Origin: Gnetum montanum
Lineage: Eukaryota > Plantae > Gnetophyta
Length of the DNA stretch: 64,000 nucleotides
Reading direction: 5' to 3'
NCBI GenBank assembly: GCA_015680685.1
Contig: MNCI01002011.1
Location: forward strand, 756,470-820,469
The notes beneath the pieces are model-generated. The model was not told where the DNA came from, ran no database searches, and saw nothing but the letters and a program-made list of their open reading frames with translations. Of this stretch, positions 52,500 through 64,000 are shown piece after piece (the stretch's first letter is position 1; each line of letters begins with the position of its first letter). Made by a program: the position numbers and the translations under genes.

Positions 52500-55400
52500 G
52501 TTGTAAGGGAGAGATCTGAAATAATGAGTGAGGTTGCCCGCTAGTGGATGTGTAACTTGTTCTAGCTGTTGCAGGTACATGAAAAGGTTTTGTTTGTTGT
52601 ATGTTAACCAATAATCATTTATCCATACTGTCAGGTTTGTATATCATCATGGTTCTAGAGGGTAAGGTTGTATGAATAATATAGAATCCTTCCCACAATG
52701 TTTGAAATTTTGTACGCTGAGGTACATGCGTGGGATTCTAATAAAGGACCTTATCTCCTGGTTGGTACCTAAGCCTTCGAATTCTTAAGTCATGACATTG
52801 TTTACTGTGTGCTTTGTGCAACTCATTTAATGATAGTGCAACCAATCTATTCTTGTCTAGCATGTTCAGAGTTTCCAATTGTTGTTTTTGTGCTAGGTCG
52901 AGGTTTAGATGGAGGTCGCAAGCCATGGACAGTGTACGAAGCTCATTCTGTATGGGGAGCTTTGGTAGTTTCCCGTACACTAACTCATAGGGATAATAGC
53001 CTATAGGGAGCTTCCAAGTGGAGTGGTACGCCCAGAGAGCATCATTCAGTTTTGTGCTCTAGTTTCGCCTAAATTTGCTAATTGTTCTCGTTAATATTCT
53101 AGTAATCTCTTGGTTAGTAACCTTGGCTTGGCCATTAGCTTGGGGGTGGTAAGGTGTGGTAAATTTATGCTCAACCCCTAAGCGTTGCATTAATTTGTGA
53201 AAGGTTGCACCCATGAAATGTGTTCCATTATCCAAGATGAGTGCACATGGCACACCAAACCTATTTATGATTTGTTGTTGTACAAATCGTGCAGCCATAG
53301 ATGATGTGCAATCTATTACTGTAGCCACTTCAGCCCATTTGGTTAAGTAATCAATAGCAACGATGATATATGCCTTTCTGTTGGACATCGGTGTAATAGG
53401 CCCCATAAAATCTATTCCCCAGATATCAAAGGGTTCCAAAGGTTGAATCCATTGTTGCAGACCCTCCATTTTAGTAGTCATTCCACCATCACGTTGGTAG
53501 CACTCACAGGATTGGGCAAAATGATTAGTGTCCTGAAATAGTGTTGGCCAATAATATCCTGCAAGCAGGACCTTGGTAGCCATTCATCTCCTAGCATAAT
53601 GACCCCCACAGGGGCCCTCATGAGCATCCTGGAGAACTTTTAATTGATCCTGATTGGGCACACACCATCGAACCAAGTCATCACGACAGACTTTATAGAG
53701 TCATCCCTTGATTTCCATGAAGTACTTGTTTTTGTGAAGAAACTGTTCTTTCTTCCTAAAGTCCAACCCCTATGGTATTTTTTGGGAAGTGAGATAAGTA
53801 AGAATGCTACTATACCAATTTATTTCCATGGGTTGATCATTCACTACACCAGCAAAGAGGGTTTCATTAGGAAAATGGTTAGATACAGCATATTCATCCT
53901 CTTTGTTGTCCCAATGCAACCAAGATAGGTGATCGACAACTACATTCTTGGTGCCTTTGTGGTCTACTATTGTTAAATCAAACTCCTAAAGAATTACAAA
54001 ACAACGTATGATACATGGGCTAACTGTTGGCTTGTTCATAAGGAACCTAATTGCACTATGATCTATATGGATGTATACTTTGTAACCCAATACATAGTGC
54101 CTAAATTTGTCCAGTACAAACACTACAGCCATTAATTCCTTTTCTATAGTTGTGTAGTTGAGTTGTGCACCAGTGATACTCTTACTGGCACAGTGGATGT
54201 AATAAGGTCGTTTTTGTTCATCTAATTGTGTCAGCATAGCTCCTAAGGCATAATTAGATGCGTCGGTCATGATATGGAACAGCATGGACCAGTCAGGGGC
54301 TTGTAGAATGGGGGTTTTCACAAGCCTCTGTTTGAGAGTTTGGAATGCTCGTTCACATTCTCTGGTCCATTCAAATGGTGCATCTTTTTTCTTTAATTCC
54401 ACCAATGGCTTAGCAACTTTGGAGAAGTTCTTGATAAACCTCCTGTAGTAGCTAGTGTGTTCAAGGAATGACCTAATGTCTTTAACTATTTCTGGTTGTC
54501 AGCTAATTCCTTGGATGACTTTAATTTTTTCCGGATCCACCTTAATTCCTGATTGTGAAATTTTATGCCCCAATACAATGCCCTCTTGAACCATCAAATG
54601 GCTCTTCTGCCAATTGAGCTTTAGGTTGGTTTCAACACATTATTTCAATACTTGCTCTAACCAGTCGAGGGCTTGATCAAANACTGTAATAGCGATGCCC
54701 TACTATAGTGTCTAAGACTTGGTCAACAAATGGCAATGGGAAGTGATCTTTGAATGTTGCCATATTTAATAGCCTAAAATCTATACATACCCTCCATTTA
54801 CCTCCTTTTTTCTATACAATTACAAGAGGACTAACCCAATCGCTATCAACAATAGGGTAAATGAACCCAGCCTTGAGAAGCTGCTCTATCTCCTCTTTCA
54901 CTATTTGTTTTAACTTCAGGTTCAATTGCCTCTGGGGTTGCTTGCAAGGTTTCATGGAGGGGTCTATGTAAATCCTATGCTGGCATATCCTAGGATCTAT
55001 TCCAATTAGTTTAGGGTATGACCAGGCAAAGGCTGTTGCCCACTTGTTTATCACCTTTAGTAAACTTTCTTTTTGCTTGGGTGTGAGCTTTGCGTTGATG
55101 ATTACTGATTTTTTTTAAGGGTCATGTATTCCAAATCGGTGGGCAACAGTTTTAAATATAGGGGCTCTTGTTTAAACTCCTCAGGAATCTCCAACTTCCC
55201 CCAATTAATGTTTTCAGAGTTATGGGTTGGAAGTTGGCAACAGACTTGCTCTAATATGTCTGTGCTTTCAATGTAAGCACTAGTTATTCCTTCAGCTAGT
55301 TCTATGCAGGTTGTCGAGTTGTTCTCTTTATCAGCCATCAGCCACTGGGTATTTTCTTGTTGTGTGGCTGCCGCATATAGGCACTTTTGTATGTCAATAT

Positions 55401-55995
55401 CCTGTGCACACTGATTGCATGCAGGCAATGTTAAACTTCGCATCACCCATGATTTCTACACACAATGATACCCTGTGTCACTATATGCGATGCATGGAAC
55501 TCTTTTCCTCTCAATTTTTCCAAAAGTATTTGTCTTGGATATTTCTAGGGAAATATTATAGATTCCTAGGTGTGCATTGATTGTATTCAGCCATGTCCTT
55601 CCCATTATAATTGGGAAATCCCCTTTGTCATTGTTTATTTGGATCACTTGGAAATTGACTGGATATGACCAACCACCCACAGTCGTAACAATGTCCTGAA
55701 CCTATCCCAAAGGAACAGTGATGGACTGGTCGGCTAGCTCTAAGTGAATATTACTCTTCTTGAGTGGAGGTAGGTTCCCGGTTTTATACAGTTCTTGTGA
55801 GATTAAGTTGACTCCGGAACCTGAGTCGAGGAGAGCCTTATGGGGTTCATTCCCAGTGACTTGGAGGTAAACTAGGGGGACTCCCAGATCTGATAATTTT
55901 TGTGGAAGGTGTCTAACCTTGATCCAGTTAGTTACTGTATGTGTTAACATAACTGTATGCATTGGGCATGATTTCTTTGTCGAAGGGTTTCCCAA
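52500..55995 (-). pseudogene. pol: pol of F: protease, RT, RNase H, integrase
   Basis: ALLDSGSGVNLIS (55702-55995); FAWSY...DSDWVSPLVIV; FHIMTDASNYALGAML...YTTIEKEL; WGIDFMGP...LDNGTHF...PYHPQANGQ. Confidence 0.95.
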
Positions 55996-55999
55996 AACC

Positions 56000-58392
56000 T
56001 TATTTGGTATGGAGGTGTTTAGATGCTAAACCGCTTGTGAAGGCAAGGGTTTGGTTGGATTGTTGGTTCTAAGGAAAGATCTTTTTGGTGTATGATTGTT
56101 AGAACCAACTGAGAATTGACGATTGGGAGCCCTCGCAGTGTTGGGTTGTCGTGGTTGAGTGGGAATTACTCTAGGCTTTGTTGGAGCGATTGGCCGTGGG
56201 ACTACTGGCGGAAGAGATGTGGATGGATTTGCAGGATAGTGTGGGTATGGAGCATTTCCCAAAGGAGAAAGAGTCCTAAAATACTCCTGAACTCAGTAGT
56301 AACATGGAGGGTTTATGTGACCCATAGAGTCACCTGGGGAAATCGGCTACTGTACATAATAACCATAAGGATTAGGTTGCCGGTAAAGGTACTGTTATGT
56401 TGGTGGTGGCATCCCCCATGACTGTGGGTATTGCCACTGCTGATGCTATCNNNNNNNNNNNNNNNNNNNNNNNNNNNNNNNNNNNNNNNNNNNNNNNNNN
56501 NNNNNNNNNNNNNNNNNNNNNNNNNNNNNNNNNNNNNNNNNNNNNNNNNNNNNNNNNNNNNNNNNNNNNNNNNNNNNNNNNNNNNNNNNNNNNNNNNNNN
56601 NNNNNNNNNNNNNNNNNNNNNNNNNNNNNNNNNNNNNNNNNNNNNNNNNNNNNNNNNNNNNNNNTAAATCTCTCCACTTTTTCTTACCTTTGTCACTACT
56701 TTGTTCTACCTTAGACTCTTCTACAATTTTTAAGATAGTTTCAATTTTAGAGTCTAAGGAACTCCATACATCATCTACTTTAGCCACTATTTCTGTTGTC
56801 AACTTTTGAATCGACAAGGTCTTCCTGTTCACCAACTCTTCGATTGGTGACTCATCCTCTTCATCAAAAAATTTCACTCCCTTCTTTCGAAGATAGGGAT
56901 CACAGTTGTACTCTTCTGCACTTTCCCTTTTTGATAGCTCACCTTCTTCTTTTGCTACTTGTTCCAACAAGCTATGTACTTCATGGGCTCTAAGTTGTGA
57001 GAGTCTCCCTTGGGCATAAGTTCCAAGGGTTCTTCTAGTTTCATGCCTTAGCCCATCCACGATGTGGCGAAGTTGATCCCTTTGAGCGTACCCATGGCCT
57101 GGGCAACGATGTAACAATATGTAGTAGCAGGCCATGGCAGCATCCAAGGGTTCATATGTACCTTGCTTCCAGCCTTGGATCTACTTACACAAATTGGACA
57201 TTCTGGAGTATGTTTGATACTTTTCGTTGAATAGTTCTAGCATCATACTTCACCTCTTGATGGTTTCCGCTTCTAAGGACTGGTACCAGCTCTCGGCTTT
57301 CTTGGTGAGTGTCCTTGGGAACAACTTAAGTTTTTGTCACTCATTTTCTATATTCTGCAAGGCGTAGGCATCATGGAATGCCTATAAATGATTTTTCAGA
57401 TCAGCATTGTATCCCCCTTCAAATCGTGGGATATTGTTCATGTCTAATCATTTGATATGACTATCTTTTAAATGCCTTGTGGGAATCCTAACTGCCTCCA
57501 TGATGTCAAGCATACTTTAGGTTGTGAGTAGGGGCTCATCATGATCATCTCTTTCATGACGCTTGTGATGTTTGCACTATTTCCTACTCTCCCTACATCC
57601 TTGCCCTTGTCCTCTCTCTCGACTTTCCTGTCAAGGTCTTTCATCCTTATTACCTTTATCCTCACCTTTATGTTCCTGATGGCTATGCCCATATGTGGAA
57701 GAAGAGGGTGAGTGATGGGATGAAGGAGAAGAAAAAGGGAAACCATCACCATGATGATGTTTCTTACCTTCTCTTTGGCTGCTACGGTCTCGATTGTGGT
57801 GACGATCTAAGTGCTCATCCTTAGAATGAGTGGTTGTTCCCTTTGTGAACAGTTGGTGTTCACGGGCATCAGAACCATGGTTATGTATCGTTGATCATAA
57901 GTTCTGATACCCAACCTCTTCACCATCATTAGGAGGGGAAACATCATTTGTTAAAGAACCCGTGATAAGGGGTTCCTCATCTCCTATTTCGCTAAGGACA
58001 TGCGGGACCTTTCCCTTCAAAAAAGTATATTGACTCTCCTACCTCAAGTCCCTCATATGTTGGGCATATGTGGGATAATAATCCCTCATGTCAAAATCTT
58101 CCGCAACGTATTTAGCATATAATTCAGTTATGCCTATCTGTGCCAAGGCACGGAAAAGAATGCGAGAGACTGATCGATCTGGGAGTAACACAATGTTACC
58201 TTGCAAATCTCTCCATCGCAGCTGTTTGTCTTGATGGAGGATAAAAGTGAAGTCTGGAATATACTCATCGGGATGAGTATAAACTATCTTGTATTGTTTA
58301 GGACTTGGCTAATTTTGGTTATGTTTTTTATGTTGCCAACTATCTCGTGTATGGTCCTTAGGTGGTGAGTTGCTCTTATGAGAAGAAGGCAT
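56000..58392 (-). pseudogene. gag: gag of F (interrupted by an N gap)
   Basis: ATG at 58392; DMNNIPRFEGGYNADLKNHL*AFHDA at ~57370-57445; ORF 56446-57147; Pro-rich C-terminus. Confidence 0.85.
56451..56663. other. Assembly gap (N run)
   Basis: Run of n characters. Confidence 0.99.
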
Positions 58393-58405
58393 TGTTATTG
58401 GTTTG

Positions 58406-59276
58406 CTAAATGCCTACACGCCCCATGGAACACTTGGGGTTAATCATTCATTGTCTTCCCAAACTTACTTTTATTTGTCACGATGTATGGTTAAGTAAGT
58501 CCGAGGTATATGATTTTTATATCTTTTATGTGTTTTTATCTTGTGCTATTGAGGTGAAGGGTTGAGAAACTAGCTAACTCTAACTAATGACTAAGTCTAA
58601 ATTAACTAGTGTCAGCATCTGTTCCCACTTACCATACACACCTTGAACTATGCAACTGTGGCTACCAAACGCTAATCGTTACTGGGATCACCACATGTAA
58701 CGCACATGCTCGAAGTGGTTGTACTGAGGCACTTAATTAGCCTAAACATGATAAGCATCCATTCCTTGGCTATTCGTACACATCCTTGAATGCTCGTAAC
58801 CAAGTCATACTTATCCCGTGTTCTAGGAGTTGAGGGTGAGAGAATCTAATCGCGATGAGTAGCCAATTCCTTGATTAGCCGTACACATTCGTCAATGCTC
58901 GTAATCAAGTAGTACTCATGCCACGCTAATGCAGGTAATAAATAACATGTAAGAAATAATAGGTAATAAATCCTATTCCATGCACTACAAGGTTTATCCA
59001 CAAAGCTCATCTTTATTACTATACACAACTTGTGTTCAAGTACAAAGCTACTCGAATAAAGATTCATTCACTTGGGGACTCCTACTGTGGGCACATGGAA
59101 ATTATTCTATCTCTGGAGTGATCAATCTGCCAGAGTTTTCCTACTTTTAGCCTAGGATGGGAAATAAGGGGAGTGCCGCCTCTTATTTATAGATTTGGTG
59201 ACGGACCGGAATATCGCGTACGCGACATCGCAGGGGACGACGTGATATCGTGGCTCATGCAAATCATGTCTCATCA
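58406..59276 (-). repeat. 5' LTR of F, lacking its last ~77 bp and the PBS
   Basis: Alignment to the 3' LTR begins at CTAAATGCCTACAC (49845 equivalent). Confidence 0.9.
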
Positions 59277-59281
59277 CATGC

Positions 59282-59850
59282 TTTGCTATGATTTGTAGCG
59301 TAGCATTTTTGGTGTAGCATAGCATCTTTTCATGCTGTGCTACGCTATGCAGCATAGCGTAGCTGTTGGTTCGAAGAAAAAAATTTGCACTGTGTCCTGC
59401 TACATGTATTGGAGACCTTTGAAGCGCGCTGACTGCTTATTGCATATTTGCTATGCTATGCTACGCTACATAGCGTATCATAGCATAGTAGCTATTCTTA
59501 GTTGCAAAAAATGTCGCCAATATGCAAAATTTTCCTTTTGCACTGGGAAGCTTGCGAACTTGCTGATCCCACCATTTGAGATGCCTTCTATCTCTTTCAA
59601 AAAATTGTTATGCCTCGCTATGCCATGTAGATTAGCTTAGCATAGCGGCCAACATGGCCTACATCTTGCCAAGTTCGCCGCTTTCTGATAGAAGGAGACA
59701 TTGCTAAAGGACTTGAAGTCAGGTGAGGGGACTAACCCTCTAGTTTTTGCTACGTTGTGCTACATTGCGTGACATACCATAGTGTAGCACTACGCTTCTG
59801 CAAATGTCTTCTGAATTTTTCTACGCTACATAGTGTAGCGTAGCGTAACA
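59282..59850. repeat. GCTAC/GTAGC/GCATAGC pentamer-palindrome array in the U3 of G's LTR
   Basis: Many GCTATGCTACGCTAC and GTAGCGTAGCATAGC runs in both orientations. Confidence 0.7.
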
Positions 59851-61127
59851 AAACTCTTTGACTTAGAAAACTTGCTAAAGCCTTTTGCATGTTCTGAGCA
59901 CCACCAGCAATTTCATGCACTACTCCTAAGTGTGTTATTAGCTAGATGAACTACTCAGGTGGGTAGGCTAGAGAATCTGTTTAGCCTGTTGACACCTGGG
60001 GTAGAAAACTTGCCAAACTAGATAGTCTGAAAATCAGAGGATCCATCTCCTAAAGAACTATCATAACACTGCATGAATTGCAAAGACTTGGTAAAGCAAG
60101 CATGCCTTTGAATTTTGGGATGTTTCATTTGCCCCCCTTTGTCAATGTCTAGAGGACGGGATCGAGAGACATTAACAAAGAATACGAAACACCACAAAAG
60201 ACATAATGTTATTGTTGTTTCTCAATGATCTTCAAGACATCACTTGGTTGCTCTTGAGAGTGTTGTAGGGAGGAAGAAGGTTCAGGAAAAGGGTAAAGAT
60301 GAGGTTTAGCAGAGCCCCTCATTGGAGTTCTCATGAGGGAGTTGTTTGCATTTTCATCTTTACATTCACTGACCTTAAATCTCTTGTAGGACAGGTGTTT
60401 CTTTCCCATGATGAGTTGTGTTACATCCATGTGGGATTTTGACCTGCCTACAGATGCTTCCCGTGCGGAGAGCTGTGTTACACACGTGATGAAACTTGCA
60501 CTCTGAAGTAGCCAAGCTAATCAAGGCACTCACTTCGCAATTCCATAGCATTCGTTGCTGTGGCAAGATGGGTTTTGCTTACTGTCAACATCATTAAATC
60601 TCTTGAACATCTTTGTTGTTGTGCGATGTCCAAGGCAGGAAGGTCATCTGCGACCTTGGCAGCATCAGTGTGGAGGAGCTGGCATCGAAGGTGCTAGGGA
60701 GTTGCTGTGAGTGTGAATGCTCTAGAATCCCTACCAAAGGCATGCATTCTTAGTTCAGCTATGGGATCAACTACCACATAGCTAACCGTCATGCGGGCCC
60801 ACGCGTCGACAGGGAGCTAGAGGATAACAATATTGTGGCTAGGCCACAATACTGCCAGAACTTCAACAGCAGGCACTGACCAAGGAATTACTGTCAAGGT
60901 GGTGGGTCGTGGCGATGGTAGGTCTAGAGGACCAGTGCGATGTCATACCACATCTTCGGAGGTTCAGCACAATGCCAAGGGTGGTAACATCGTGTACATT
61001 CTAGATCGTGTTCTCATTGCATCGTGAACTACATTCTAGAGCTGCAACATCCCACCCCCATGTTGGCATTGCACATGCTCGTTCAATGTGTACTTGGTGC
61101 AAATGCATGCTACAGATGTGACGCAAG

Positions 61128-61402
61128 CCTAGTTTAAGGTCCTAGTAGACCATGTGCTGGGTTAGGATCCCAACAGATCGTTGTGCTAGTTTAAGGTCCC
61201 AGTAGACCATACATGCTATTTTAACATCATAGTGGACATGTTGTGCCAGTTTATAGTCATAGCGGACTAGCTATGCTAGTTTTACATCGTAGCAGATGGT
61301 CACCGCCAATCTAATTTCATAGCAGATGGTGCTTGTTGTTGCCAGTTTAATGTCATAGCAGACGTTGCTTGTTACCACCAGTTTTAACATCGTAGCAGAT
61401 AC
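61128..61402. repeat. Tandem array of nine ~30-bp hairpin units in the 3' UTR of G
   Basis: CYAGTTTAA followed by a 4-bp inverted repeat around a 6-nt spacer. Confidence 0.85.
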
Positions 61403-61421
61403 TACTTATTGCATTCATGCT

Positions 61422-64000
61422 TCAGATGTAGTACAACTTGAGGTACGAGTGATTCACCGAGTTGGCGAACTTATTGTTGTCCATGTCCGCCAACTTGAAA
61501 GCTCCATTCCCAAAGGCTTTAGTGACCATGTATGGGCCTTCTCAGTTGGATGAGAATTTTCTCACATGCTCACGGACAGCTTTGAGGATGAGGTCTCCCT
61601 TCTGTATTGTCTGTTGATGTAGGTATGCATGATGCTTTTTTTGTTGCTTGCTCTAGTAGCGCTCTATGTGGCTCAACATCTACGCACGCTCCTTCTCTAT
61701 TGATTCGAGGTCAATGATCTATGACTCATTATTCTGGGCTTCACTTATGACATCTGAGAGGATCATCTGAAGTGATGGTACCTGCAACTCAAGAGGCAAC
61801 ACAACTTCAGATCCATAAATAAGACTGTAAGGGGTCTTACTCATTGCGGTCCTGCATGTCATTCTGTAGGCCCATAGAATGTAGAGGATTTTCTCATGCC
61901 ACCGCCTCTTGCTGTTGCTAAGCATCTACTTCAGCAAGTTGATGATGGACTTATTTGTAGCCTTTGCCTATCTGTTTGCCTGCAGAATGATTGCCTAATG
62001 CCTAGATTGCTGCAGAAGGTTCAAGTTTTCATACTACTGAATTGTGGCCCATTGTCAATTACAATAGTCATTAGAAGCTCAAACCTTGTCATGATGTTGT
62101 CCAGGATGAAGTGCCAGATTTGCTGAGATGTCGTCTTCCTCAGGGGGATAGCTTCCACCCACTTAGGAAAATACGTAGTGGTGGTGATAATGAAGCTATG
62201 CTCTGCAGAGGACTTAGGCGTGATGGATCCTATGAGGTCTAGTCCCCATTGTTTGAAAGGCCATGTGATTTGCATTGGGTGCAGCTTAGTAGGTGAAACG
62301 TGTATGAGATTTGCGTATCTCTAGCATGTGTCACACATCTTGACTTTTGACAAGTAGTCATGCTCCATATGGGGCCAGTAGTATCCTAGGCATCTGATTC
62401 TCGCAGCCATAGCCCTAGGTGCTATGTGTCCACCACATAGTCCCTCATGCACTTCATTAACTACCCTCTATGCTTGCTCCCCACCCACGCATGCTAGCAA
62501 TATCCCATCATAGGAGCATCTGCATAGGGCATCATTTATCATGAGCATATATTGCCGGGTACACTTATGGATTTCATCTCTTTGGAAAATGTTAGTCTGC
62601 TTGGGGGTTTGCCATGTTGTAGGTAGGCTTTAATGTTAGTGAACCACTCCTGGGTATCCATAGCACTAATAGAGGCCACGTGTCCTACCTGAGTGATAGG
62701 CTCAGTACATTTGACAATCGAAGTTGAAAAATTTATGAACGAGTGTGGTGGGATATTTAGTGCTAGGGTGGCTAAGGCATCTACTATAGTGTTCTCTTTG
62801 CATGGCACGTGTTGCACATCTGTGGTTGCAAATTGCTTAAGTAGGATTTTTTCTAGATCACAACAAGGTTGCAGGTGCATAGCTTTGCAAGCATAGGCCT
62901 CGGGTATTTGATTCACAAATAGTTGTGAATCACCATGGATTGCCAAGTTTTGTATGCGTAGTGTTTGGGGTAGTGAAGAGGCCTTTGAGTAGCCCCTCAT
63001 ACTCTGCCACATTGTTGGTGTAGGAGAATGCAAAATGATAAGAAAACATGTACATTTCCCTAGAGGGGAACATAATGATGATAGCTACACTACCTCCTCA
63101 CATGGTTGAAGCACCGTCAAAGTGTAAAGTAGCTTCTAGGTGTGATGGGACGATGTTGATAGTGCCAATGTGCTCATCTGGGAATTTAGGATTTATGGTT
63201 GCATGGTCGTTGATGGGTGAGGCCGTAAGTTGCATTGCTATGGCTTGATCCTTAGTCAATGACTAGCTTACATAGTGTAGGTCGAACTCCACGGTTATTT
63301 CTTTCCATCGGGCTATCTGGCTACTTTCATGTAGGTTGTTAGCGATAGCCCAGAGTATGTTGCTTTTGCAAATGATGTTGACTATACTGTGAAATAGGTA
63401 GTGCCTCCACTTTTTTAACGCAAACACTAAGGCAAGGTAATTCCTATCAACTTCATTGTATTTCACCTAATGTGCTATTAATGCATGACTCAGATAATAC
63501 ATTGGTATCTCAGATCTGTCGTCTCGTTTCTGACATAACAGTGCTGCGATAGATGTGTCAGAGATGGCAAGGTAGATGAAGAAAGACTTATCTCTCTGCG
63601 GTGGGTGCATATTTGGAAGGTGCAAAAGTTCTTCCTTCAAGTCATCGAAGGCTTGTTGACACTAGGTTGTCCACTCGAAGTTAACCCCTTTCTTTAGAAG
63701 ATGTTGCATGGGGTGTAACTTGTCAATCAACTTTGCTATAAACCTTTGGATGAACTGTACCCTACCTTGCAAACCATGCAAGTCTTTAAGGTTTGTAGGA
63801 GGTGCCAGGTTGATGATGGCCTTGACTTTGTCAGGGTCCACCTGTATTCTGGCCTTCAATACCATGAATCCTAACATGCATCCAATTTTTACCCCAAAGA
63901 CATACTTCTTAGGATTAAGGCGTAGATCATGCATTTGACAACACTTAAGGGCTACCCCTAGATCACGTGGGTGATCAACTACCTCCTTGGACTTGACTGC
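61422..64000 (-). pseudogene. pol: pol of G: RT (3' part), RNase H, additional RNase H, integrase
   Basis: LRLNPKKYVFGV; FFIYLAISDTSI; LHFDGAST and IHGDSQLFVNQI; WPFKQWGLDLIG; IDNGPQF; WAYRMTCRTAMSKTPYSLIYG. Confidence 0.95.

Larger units (their letters stand above)
49768..59276 (-). mobile_element. Athila-like element F (youngest; gag-pol)
   Basis: LTR pair; TSD CACGC/CATGC; PPT ATGGGGGTA; long ORF remnants for gag, PR, RT, RH and IN. Confidence 0.93.
48922..64000 (-). mobile_element. Tat-like element G (younger), continues beyond the window; 3' LTR split by F
   Basis: LTR 48922-49767 + 59282-60127 (minus TGAAACATCC...GGTCGCTACA); PPT AAAGGGGGGCAAA at 60128-60140; pol. Confidence 0.85.

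Noticed and set aside
54670-54700. F reverse transcriptase lacks its catalytic core (HRYYS joins FDQAL)
   Set aside because: The junction coincides exactly with the N at 54682; probably an assembly artefact.
56313-56714. Several ~100-aa ORFs
   Set aside because: Artefacts of reading through the N run.
60209-61027. Short ORFs in G's 3' UTR as an accessory gene
   Set aside because: No consistent frame, recognisable motif or clear counterpart in E.
61128-61402. CRISPR-like or hammerhead-ribozyme reading of the hairpin arrays
   Set aside because: No unique spacers of CRISPR length and no cas genes; the CUGANGA...GAAA core is not conserved across units.

Overview
Eukaryotic, almost certainly plant, heterochromatin-like DNA: AT-rich, CpG/CHG-depleted, with no recognisable host gene. 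The window is a nested stack of decayed LTR retrotransposons, labelled here for convenience. (1) A Copia/Sirevirus-like 3' portion (1-3821) is inserted in Athila-like element A (+, 3822-12218; gag, protease and a long extra ORF, no RT/IN). (2) An AT-rich spacer contains an Au-like tRNA SINE. (3) Athila-like element C (+, from ~15131) is split by younger minus-strand insertions: B (15201-24431; Athila-like, gag plus extra ORF, no pol) in its 5' LTR; D (29924-38244; Tat-like, gag only) in its RNase H; and E (40679-48921; Tat/Ogre-like, pol only) in its 3' UTR. E is interrupted by Tat-like G (48922 to window end), and G's LTR is interrupted by Athila-like F (49768-59276). The most unusual observations: a fossil six-exon antisense gene inside D whose five introns all map to phase 1; pol-less and gag-less elements suggesting split, co-dependent families; an LTR-like palindrome+TATA module repeated internally upstream of the extra ORF; and arrays of 4-bp-stem/6-nt-loop hairpins with compensatory changes in Tat UTRs. 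All calls come from reading and aligning by eye; no database searches were run. Boundaries marked ~ are approximate, and single Ns at 826, 51245 and 54682 may hide assembly gaps.
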